A DNA stretch of 64,000 nt. It comes from Syntrophaceae bacterium (GTDB lineage: Bacteria > Desulfobacterota > Syntrophia > Syntrophales > Smithellaceae). The translations under genes and the position numbers were made by a program. The notes beneath the pieces are model-generated. The model was given only the letters and a program-made list of their open reading frames with translations, was not told where the DNA came from and did no database searches. This document shows, piece after piece, positions 57,003-64,000 of this stretch (its first letter is position 1; every line of letters starts with the position of its first letter). The DNA lies in assembly GCA_018436925.1 (NCBI GenBank), contig JAHDKI010000006.1:68692-132691 (forward strand), read 5' to 3'.

Positions 57003-57530
57003 ATGAACAAAGAAGAAATGCTCGAAGAAGTCTTTAAGAGGGCGAAAGCCTATGAACTTCGCGGCGGCAACTGCGCGCAATGCTCGCTTAGCGCCATTTT
57101 TGAAGTCCTGGGCGTGGAAGATGAAAACGTCGTGCGCTGTGCCACGGGATTTGCAGACGGCGTAGGCCTGACGGGCGACGGCCATTGCGGCGCGCTTTCC
57201 GGCGGCACGATGGCGATCAGCTACTTTTTCGGACGCAAAAAAGAAGACCTGGCGAAAATGGGCAAGCAGATTCGGGCGCTCTTGCTGGCCAAAAAATTTC
57301 AGGAGCAGTTTGTCGCGGAGTTTTCCGCCTGCCGCTGCCACGATCTTCAGGTCAAGCAGTTCGGCCGCTTTTTCAATCTCTACGATATGGAAGACATGAA
57401 AGCGGCGCTGTCCGCGGGAATGCCGGAGGGCTGCTCCACGCTGGTGGGCAAAGCGGCCCGTATGGCGCTTGCGATCATCCTCGACGAACAGGACAAAAAA
57501 GACAAGAAGCAGGAACTGCCGGTGGTGTAA
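57003..57530 (+). CDS. C_GCAxxG_C_C family redox-active protein
   Basis: GNCAQCS, GHCGALSGG and CRCHD motifs. Confidence 0.8.
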   Translation: MNKEEMLEEVFKRAKAYELRGGNCAQCSLSAIFEVLGVEDENVVRCATGFADGVGLTGDGHCGALSGGTMAISYFFGRKKEDLAKMGKQIRALLLAKKFQEQFVAEFSACRCHDLQVKQFGRFFNLYDMEDMKAALSAGMPEGCSTLVGKAARMALAIILDEQDKKDKKQELPVV

Positions 57531-57637
57531 TAAATGATAAAGCGTTGATTTTCAATGGAGTAATGCAGGCGGCATTTCAGCTGGACCTTCCTTATCCATC
57601 ATCAACATTAACATTATAAATAGGATGCAGGTGTAAA

Positions 57638-59131
57638 ATGATTCGTTCTATATCCGAAAGTCCTCTCTATCCGATTGTCAATCCGACAAGCATCGCCTTC
57701 TTCGGCGCCTCCAACGCGTTTATGCGCATGGGGTCGATCATGCTGTCGTCTTTGCAGGCGCTGGGTTACGAAGGGAAAATCTTCCCGGTTCATCCCACGG
57801 AAAAAGTGGTCCGCGGCCTCCCCGCCTATCCGAGTATTCTGGATGTGCCGGAAGTTCCCGATCTGGCCATTCTTGTGCTGCCCACGGAAATCGTGTGCCA
57901 GACGCTTGATGATTGCGGCAAAAAAGGCATCCGGAGTGCCATCGTGGTCTCCGGCGGATTCCGCGAATCGGGCCCGGAAGGCGCGGCGCTGCAAAGAGAA
58001 CTGGAAGCCATCGCCCGCCGTCACGGCATCCGGTTTCTCGGTCCCAACTGCCTGGGTGTCGCTAATCTCCATTTCAAACTCAATCCCACGCCCATCAAGG
58101 CGGATTGCCGGCCAGGCTTTGTCGGTCTAGCGTCTCAAAGCGGAAGTTTCATTACACAGATGTTCAATTACCTCCACCGTCACGGGATGGGCTTCAGCAC
58201 GGCCTTGAGTGTGGGCAACGAAGCCAGCATCGACATTGTGGATTGCCTGGAATATCTGGGCGCCTGCCCCAACACGAAGGTCATCACGCTCTATATCGAA
58301 GGCATCAACCGCGGGGACAAATTCGTTAAAATCGCGAAAGCCATCACGCCGCACAAACCCATTGTCGCGCTCTACGTGGGCGGCTCGGAAGCGGGAAAGC
58401 AGGCGGGGCTCTCGCACACCGGATCTCTCTCCGGTCCCAACGAAATTTACGACGGAATCTTCAAACAGTGCGGCATTATCCGCGCCCAAACCCTCACGGA
58501 ACTTTTTGATTACGCGCTGGCTCTGGGCACCCTGCCGCGGCCCGGGGGAAACCGGGTTGTTGTCCAGACGCATTCGGGCGGGCCCGGCGCCACAGCGGCG
58601 GATTCCTGCGGGCGTTCGGGACTGACGCTTCCGCGCCTCTCGCCGGAAACCGTGGAGAAGCTCAAACCAATGATTCCCAAAACCGCCAGCACGGCCAACC
58701 CGGTGGACATGACCTTCAGCAAAAATCCTTCGGAGGATTATTTCAATATTCCGGATGCCCTGCTTCAGGACCAACAAACAGATATGCTTCTGGCTTATTT
58801 TGTTTCTCCGGGGCTCTTTCTCGAACGCATTCTGGGGGAAATGGGCGTTTCCGAGGAGGCGATCGGCGCGGAAGCGGACAAACTGATCAACGATTACGCA
58901 CAAAAATTCGTCAGCCTGACCCGGCTGCATTCCGACAAGCCGATTGTCGGTTTTACCTATCGCAGTCTTCAGGAAAAAATGGTTCGAACCCTTTTGGATG
59001 AAGGCGTTCCCGTATATCAGGATCCAGAGCGCGCCGCCCGCTCATTGGCCGCAGTGCGGGACTATTACGAGCGACGCGCGCAGATAAAGGGTGAATCTCC
59101 CTGCAGCTTCCGAGTAAAAAGGGAGAAATGA
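57638..59131 (+). CDS. ADP-forming acyl-CoA synthetase alpha-like protein (CoA-binding plus CoA-ligase domains, no ATP-grasp)
   Basis: Shows IAFFGAS...G (CoA-binding), GPNCLGV, SQSGS and the LSHTGSLSG phosphohistidine-loop-like motif. 497 aa, which is too short to include the beta/ATP-grasp part. Confidence 0.75.
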   Translation: MIRSISESPLYPIVNPTSIAFFGASNAFMRMGSIMLSSLQALGYEGKIFPVHPTEKVVRGLPAYPSILDVPEVPDLAILVLPTEIVCQTLDDCGKKGIRSAIVVSGGFRESGPEGAALQRELEAIARRHGIRFLGPNCLGVANLHFKLNPTPIKADCRPGFVGLASQSGSFITQMFNYLHRHGMGFSTALSVGNEASIDIVDCLEYLGACPNTKVITLYIEGINRGDKFVKIAKAITPHKPIVALYVGGSEAGKQAGLSHTGSLSGPNEIYDGIFKQCGIIRAQTLTELFDYALALGTLPRPGGNRVVVQTHSGGPGATAADSCGRSGLTLPRLSPETVEKLKPMIPKTASTANPVDMTFSKNPSEDYFNIPDALLQDQQTDMLLAYFVSPGLFLERILGEMGVSEEAIGAEADKLINDYAQKFVSLTRLHSDKPIVGFTYRSLQEKMVRTLLDEGVPVYQDPERAARSLAAVRDYYERRAQIKGESPCSFRVKREK

Positions 59132-59134
59132 GCA

Positions 59135-59659
59135 ATGACTGATCGGAAGCGAAACGATTTGCTTGATGCACTGGAAAAAACAGCCGGAGATTATGAAGAA
59201 CGCTTTGCAAGCTGCTCACAGGGCACCTTGCTGGCGCTGCAGGAGCATTTCAACCTGGGCAACGCCGAGGTGCTCAAAGCGGCAACCGCCATGCCGGGCA
59301 TGGCGCTGCGCGGCGAAACCTGCGGCGCCGTCGTTGCCGGCATCATGGCGCTGGGGCTGGCTTTCGGCAGGGACAACGCCGACGATATGGCCGCGGTGAC
59401 ACGGACGACGTCTGCGGCCCGCAAACTGTGCAAACGGTTTGAAGAGGAGTTCGGCGGATGCAACTGCCGAGACGTTCAGCACGGTATCTTCGGGCGCAGT
59501 TTCAATCTGACCGATCCTAAAGAGGGGATGGAATTCGTCAAGGCAAACGCCATCAAGAAATGCCGCCGTCCCGCCGAAAGAGCCGCCAGAATTACCGGAG
59601 AGCTGATTCTTGACGGACAATTGAAGCAGTCTCTGGCCGTCTTGAAGGATTCTAAATAG
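59135..59659 (+). CDS. C_GCAxxG_C_C family redox-active protein (paralog of 57003-57530)
   Basis: SCSQGTL, GETCGAVVAG and CNCRD motifs. Confidence 0.8.
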   Translation: MTDRKRNDLLDALEKTAGDYEERFASCSQGTLLALQEHFNLGNAEVLKAATAMPGMALRGETCGAVVAGIMALGLAFGRDNADDMAAVTRTTSAARKLCKRFEEEFGGCNCRDVQHGIFGRSFNLTDPKEGMEFVKANAIKKCRRPAERAARITGELILDGQLKQSLAVLKDSK

Positions 59660-59720
59660 GCGGCAATCAACCGGATTCATTCAATCGATCGCTAGCCGTC
59701 AAGCGCTTCAGGGCGGATCG

Positions 59721-60617
59721 TCAGGATGTCATTTCTTCAATGATGTGTTTGACTGATGGGATGTCTTTGATCAACGCGCCGACTTGTCCCGCGCCGGCAA
59801 TGGCGTTTTCATAATCCCCCCGATCCCAAGCCTGAATGCGATCACCATACTGCAAAGCCTCCTCCAGATCGTGGGGATGCTCTGCGATCAGCTTTTCCAG
59901 AGCGGGGGTGATGACCGCTCTGGTCATTAAGACCTTCTGAACGGGCAGCAGTGTCGTTCCGCCGTCGGTGCAGCGAATCACTGCGTCTTTCCATTTGTCA
60001 TGAAGACCGCTTTCACGCGATACCATAAACCGCGTGCCGATCTGAACGCCTTGCGCCCCCAGCGCCAAAGCGGCCCGATAGCCGCGCGAATCCGCTATGC
60101 CGCCCGCCGCTGCAATAGGGATGGAAACGGCATCCGACACCAGGGGAACAAGCACCATCGTCGAAGACTCCGGTTTTCGAGAGCGCAACCCGCCGGCTTC
60201 GGCTCCAACCACAACCAGTCCGTCAACGCCTGATTTCTCAGCTCTCACAGCGTGCGCCAAAGACAATACCACGTGAAGACCTTTCAGACCCAGATCATGA
60301 ATCAACGGATAGATGTCGCCGGGCTGCCCGACCGATGTGGTCACGGTTTTCACGCCGCTTTGAGCCAGGATTTTCAAAATTTCGCCGCATTGCGGATTCA
60401 TCAACACGACGTTTGCGCCGAAGGGTTGATTGGTTCGCTCTTTCACCGCCCCAATAAGGCGCCTGGCGTCATCGAGTTCACGAATAAATCCCAAAGCCAG
60501 CATCCCGAAGGCGCCCGCGTTACATATGGCGGCGACCATGTCCGGGGAATTCATATTCCCGATAGGCCCCTGAATAATTGGATAGCGGCACCCGAGCATT
60601 TCGAGCAAAGACGGCAT
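59721..60617 (-). CDS. NAD(P)H-dependent flavin oxidoreductase (nitronate monooxygenase / FabK-like TIM barrel)
   Basis: Shows YPIIQGPIG, GVDGLVVVGAEAGGL and AAGGIADSRG. Confidence 0.85.
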   Translation of the reverse strand: MPSLLEMLGCRYPIIQGPIGNMNSPDMVAAICNAGAFGMLALGFIRELDDARRLIGAVKERTNQPFGANVVLMNPQCGEILKILAQSGVKTVTTSVGQPGDIYPLIHDLGLKGLHVVLSLAHAVRAEKSGVDGLVVVGAEAGGLRSRKPESSTMVLVPLVSDAVSIPIAAAGGIADSRGYRAALALGAQGVQIGTRFMVSRESGLHDKWKDAVIRCTDGGTTLLPVQKVLMTRAVITPALEKLIAEHPHDLEEALQYGDRIQAWDRGDYENAIAGAGQVGALIKDIPSVKHIIEEMTS

Positions 60618-60831
60618 TGTTCAAAAGGCTCCTTTTAAAAACATTTCTTGGAAGACGAGATATGCAGAGCGTGCTAACCAAGTCAATAAAAAAGTTTCTC
60701 GGCAAAAAGCCGCCTGGAAATCCCCTTAAAGATAAAAAACGATTTTTTCTCAGTCAAATCAAGTTCTTACAGCTCACCTGGCCCTCTTGTTTAGTGGCCG
60801 GCCCAACCCGGCAAGCGGGAAAACGCATCGC

Positions 60832-61797
60832 TCAGCGCTTCATCTCCTCTTGCGGATCTCGGTAATCCGGCAACCAGGCGTGGAGGGGATATGAGGCGCG
60901 CACGGCCCTGAGACGTTCGGGGTGAAGGTCGATGCTCACCAAGTGGGCGTAAGCCGAAGCGTTGGAAAACCGCTGTTTGAAACGAAAGACGCCCGGGCCG
61001 TTCAAACCCGCAGGTTGGCCGCCCCACCATATCGGATCGCACCCCAGATGATCAATTACGGCGACAAAAAGAAGATAGGTTCCAAAACAACGCCTTGCAT
61101 CCTCCCGGCTCAACAGGCTGTGGGCATGCCAAGATGTGTTCCGGCCGCTTTCTTTGGTCAGCAAAAACGCCGCCCGCAATGCCCGGTCGCTTCTTCGGCG
61201 AAGCTCTATGGCGAGCAGACATTCGGGCGTTTTGATAGCGATCCGATGAAGACCGGCAAAATGGTCCTGATCCGGAGAGGAGCACCGCGGAATGCCTCGC
61301 TCGACCCTCAGTTCATCCTGCCATGCACCCAGAGCCTCATAAATCTCCGTGAGGCTGGAGCCCACATCGACAAAAAAGGTTTTTTCAGCCAAAGAAAGAC
61401 GCCGGCGGGTTCTGGCGCTAAAAGATTTATGGGCGGGCGAAACCCCGGGCAGGTGCCCCAGATGAGACTTCAACGGCGTGCAATGGACGCGATGGCGATT
61501 TTTCAGGTTCAACAGGCGTTGATTTAACTCATCAACAGGAAAGTCAGGCCGGATCACGCCGGTCCAGGTTAAGGGAATCAGAGGTTTCACACCATCGAAC
61601 AATATGCCCGAGGTCAGCTTGTCGATGTGAGCGTCGTCAGGAAATGTTTGATAGGGCCAGCTCCCTCTCGCATCAATATCGCCCCAGGGCAGCTCCCGTA
61701 AAACATAAGCAAAGTGGTCGCTCGCTTGAGGCTTGCCCAACCAGTTCAAGGCATGGAAGTATTCGGGTGTATCGTACAGCAACCCACGCAGCATCAT
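60832..61797 (-). CDS. FemAB/BioF2-like GNAT-fold acyltransferase family protein (tentative)
   Basis: The C-terminal region (WHAHSLL...YLLF..VIDH...WWGG...GL.G...FKQRF) resembles the Acetyltransf_6/FemAB pattern. ATGA overlap with the upstream gene. Confidence 0.45.
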   Translation of the reverse strand: MMLRGLLYDTPEYFHALNWLGKPQASDHFAYVLRELPWGDIDARGSWPYQTFPDDAHIDKLTSGILFDGVKPLIPLTWTGVIRPDFPVDELNQRLLNLKNRHRVHCTPLKSHLGHLPGVSPAHKSFSARTRRRLSLAEKTFFVDVGSSLTEIYEALGAWQDELRVERGIPRCSSPDQDHFAGLHRIAIKTPECLLAIELRRRSDRALRAAFLLTKESGRNTSWHAHSLLSREDARRCFGTYLLFVAVIDHLGCDPIWWGGQPAGLNGPGVFRFKQRFSNASAYAHLVSIDLHPERLRAVRASYPLHAWLPDYRDPQEEMKR

Positions 61798-62717
61798 TTT
61801 CCTGATCGCCGAATCGCCCGCAACACCTCTATGACGGACACGGACGGATGAAAAGAGTCCACCTTCACGGCGGTAAAATCAATGCCGCCTACTTTGGCCA
61901 AGTGTCTGGACGCATGATTCTCCTGTTCTACCGGAGTTGCCATCATAAGGGCCTGCGAACCGGAACGCATCCATAAAAGATTGGCGAATTCGGCGCCGCG
62001 TATTCCCAAAACACCTTTTGCTCCATGAAAGACACGTATTTGATCTTCAAGAGAGTGCCTGCCGGGTTCATAGACTTGTATGGGAATTCCGGCATCGATC
62101 AGACCCTCGGCGAGGGCTTCGATGTTGCCGATTGCGCAGCGCCCTGTGCCGTAGCCCGGAATTTGTGCAGCCCCGCCTTGTCGATAAAATTCATGTTCGG
62201 GCGATCGCCGCAATAAAAGCCAACCTGCCAGATCTTCGGACGAATTGGCCTTCAGAGCCCCGGTGCGATTTAGGAACAAAAGCCGTATGCGTTGCATGCG
62301 GCTGCGCACCGACCAGGGAGATAATCCGCCGAATCGGTCCAGACGGCTCATGCGGACTGGCTCGGTCAGCCAGCAGTCCCATCGCGCGCAAACGATTTTG
62401 TTTTTCAGGTTTAACGGTTTCCCTTCGGGCCTAAACGATTCAATCGAAACTTGGAGACCTAAAAGCGAGCACGCTTCCATAATTAAGGAATTCATGACAG
62501 GACCGCAAGTCAGAAAAATCCCCGTCTTATCCGGCGCGCAACGGACCCAGTGTTCCAGACCGGGCAACAGATATCCGAACATAAAATGAAAAAAATGTTC
62601 TCGGGAACCGAAGACATGCGGACCCTCGAAAGACGGCATAAACCACAATGATTCGGACCGTCGTTCATGGATGGGGTCCACAGCCTTCTCATTCGCGACG
62701 GAACTCATTTGCTCCAC
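61794..62717 (-). CDS. DUF563 / GT61-like glycosyltransferase family protein (tentative)
   Basis: Shows HFFHFMFGYLLP and SLEDQIRVFHGAKGVLGIRGAEFANLLWM, resembling GT61 signatures (N.xH...LP; eQ...f..a..iiG.HGAgLtN). GTG at 62717 or ATG at 62708. Confidence 0.5.
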   Translation of the reverse strand: MEQMSSVANEKAVDPIHERRSESLWFMPSFEGPHVFGSREHFFHFMFGYLLPGLEHWVRCAPDKTGIFLTCGPVMNSLIMEACSLLGLQVSIESFRPEGKPLNLKNKIVCARWDCWLTEPVRMSRLDRFGGLSPWSVRSRMQRIRLLFLNRTGALKANSSEDLAGWLLLRRSPEHEFYRQGGAAQIPGYGTGRCAIGNIEALAEGLIDAGIPIQVYEPGRHSLEDQIRVFHGAKGVLGIRGAEFANLLWMRSGSQALMMATPVEQENHASRHLAKVGGIDFTAVKVDSFHPSVSVIEVLRAIRRSGK

Positions 62718-62738
62718 TGCCTCACTGATAATACTCCG

Positions 62739-63530
62739 TCACTTTTTGACCTCGCCGGCGATCCGCGGCAAAATGACGCCCGTTTTGCCCTCAATGAAAT
62801 AATCCGATATCCCCTCGCGGGTAAGCGGTGTGGGTTCGGCATTGATTTCAATGATCGTCATTTTTCTCTTGTCCTTTTTTTCGGCGGCCATCCGAGGGAG
62901 CATGGCAAAAGGGTACACCGTGGCCGAGGTTCCGCAAATGAGCATCAGATCGCAACGCTCTACTTCTTCGAGGCTCGCCTGGGCCACATCCGGGGGAATG
63001 GCCTCGTTGAAATGAACGACATCCGACTTAAGCACGCCGTTGCACTTTTTACAGCAAGGCGGAAGTTCATCACGGGCCAAGAGCTCCGGAAGGTCGTATT
63101 CAGACGGATCAAAGCGGGCGTCGCAATGGTAACAGCGCAGCAAGAAAAGATTCCCGTGGTAGTCCAGCACCCTTTGGCTTCCCGCTTTCTGGTGAAGATT
63201 GTCGATGTTCTGGGTCACGACGCATTTCAGGATGCCCGTCTTTTCAAGAGCCACCAGGGCAAGGTGTCCGGGGTTGGGCCGGGCGCTTGAAAAATCCTTC
63301 AGCCATGACAGGCCGGTCATGCGCTCAATCCAATACGCCTTCGGATCCTGTTGGAATTTGTAATAACTCTGGTAGGCTTGTCTTTCCGCATCGGGATTTT
63401 TCGTCCACACGCCGTTTGGCCCGCGAAAATCCGGAATGCCCGATTCTGTGGACATGCCCGCGCCGGTCAGAGCGATGGCATACTTGCTTTGACTCAATTG
63501 CCTTGCCGCTTTAAAGATGAGCTCGTCCAT
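62739..63530 (-). CDS. cobB: NAD-dependent protein deacylase (Sir2 family)
   Basis: Shows GAGMSTESGIPDFRG, TQNIDNLH and the Zn-ribbon CYHC...CKKC. AGGAGA RBS. Confidence 0.9.
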   Translation of the reverse strand: MDELIFKAARQLSQSKYAIALTGAGMSTESGIPDFRGPNGVWTKNPDAERQAYQSYYKFQQDPKAYWIERMTGLSWLKDFSSARPNPGHLALVALEKTGILKCVVTQNIDNLHQKAGSQRVLDYHGNLFLLRCYHCDARFDPSEYDLPELLARDELPPCCKKCNGVLKSDVVHFNEAIPPDVAQASLEEVERCDLMLICGTSATVYPFAMLPRMAAEKKDKRKMTIIEINAEPTPLTREGISDYFIEGKTGVILPRIAGEVKK

Positions 63531-63746
63531 CTTTTCTCCTGCATCTCAATAATGCCTGCTTTGCCCCATGCGCATTACGGTCATGTTTGACAGTTTCCCG
63601 CAGGCATTGCAAGAATAATTAATGTTTATAAGATTCAACGGGCTATCCATGCGCTCAACATTTTTCCTTGACGATCAGACCGGAGCATGGTCTTTTCTAG
63701 CAGCAATTTACCGGATCGCCCCATTCTGTTTTCGAAGGAGAAAACC

Positions 63747-64000
63747 ATGCATCGATTGCTTGTCGTTTTGTTTGCAATATTCTGCCTTTGCAGCGCCGCT
63801 GACGCGAAAGACACGCTAACTGTCTACGATAAGAAACCGGCCACCCGGTACTTTCATAAACACAAGATCACCAATGCCTACGACGGAGAGATCGTCGCCA
63901 ATGATCACCTGTTGGTGCAAAGCCGAACCGACAAGGAAATGACGTTTATTCTTTCCGTGATTTCGAATGAAAATGATGAATGCCTGATTGAAGGAACAGC
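63747..64000 (+). CDS. secreted hypothetical protein, 3' end cut by window edge
   Basis: GAAGGAG SD precedes the ATG at 63747. Signal peptide MHRLLVVLFAIFCLCSAADA. The frame is open to the end of the window. It is not in the ORF track because no stop is reached. Confidence 0.5.
   Translation, partial: MHRLLVVLFAIFCLCSAADAKDTLTVYDKKPATRYFHKHKITNAYDGEIVANDHLLVQSRTDKEMTFILSVISNENDECLIEGT

Noticed and set aside
62739-63530. Sir2-domain protein considered as a possible anti-phage (Thoeris/DSR-like) effector.
   Set aside because: It is a compact 263-aa canonical sirtuin with GAGxSxxSGIPDFRG, a Zn-ribbon and the catalytic His. It has no fused sensor, TM or SLOG domain and no defence-type neighbours.

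Overview
This is a 64-kb, densely coding chromosomal window with about 66 supported CDS. I saw no rRNA, tRNA, CRISPR array, transposase or integrase. All homology calls come from motif recognition by eye; no database search was possible. The gene content includes desulfoferrodoxin, rubrerythrins, a sigma-54 activator, WtpA/TupA-type oxyanion uptake, UGA-recoded peroxiredoxins and many Fe-S proteins. This suggests an anaerobic Desulfobacterota/Syntrophia-like bacterium (inference). Layout: (i) 1-7433, a tightly coupled cluster of NifX-like proteins, two ferredoxin-insert MinD-type ATPases, Mrp/NBP35, a radical SAM enzyme, DUF89, a TsaA/TrmO-like protein, zinc-ribbon proteins and PdaD. (ii) 7470-10577, carboxyltransferase, MBL hydrolase and thioesterase. 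(iii) 10605-23982, a redox/peroxide-stress island: CoA-disulfide-reductase-rhodanese, two peroxiredoxins with in-frame UGA at the catalytic Cys position plus SECIS-like hairpins, a Fur/PerR-like regulator, KatG, rubrerythrin, desulfoferrodoxin and reverse rubrerythrin. (iv) An MCP and a MacAB-like efflux system. (v) A B12-radical-SAM gene bracketed by roughly 135-bp direct repeats. (vi) hrpB, an alcohol dehydrogenase and uppP. (vii) 39026-45771, a second NifX-like/DUF5320/ferredoxin module beside a PAS sigma-54 activator, with a TGGCAC-N5-ATGC promoter. (viii) A wtp-type ABC operon with two different binding proteins. (ix) A rhodanese, an AraC regulator, a GlcD/CCG-type oxidase set, and a C_GCAxxG_C_C pair flanking an ADP-forming acyl-CoA synthetase-like gene. 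(x) A sirtuin, GT61-like and FemAB-like operon. The best candidate for an uncharacterised system is the pair of NifX-like/Fe-S-ATPase/Gly-Arg-rich-protein modules (i and vii).
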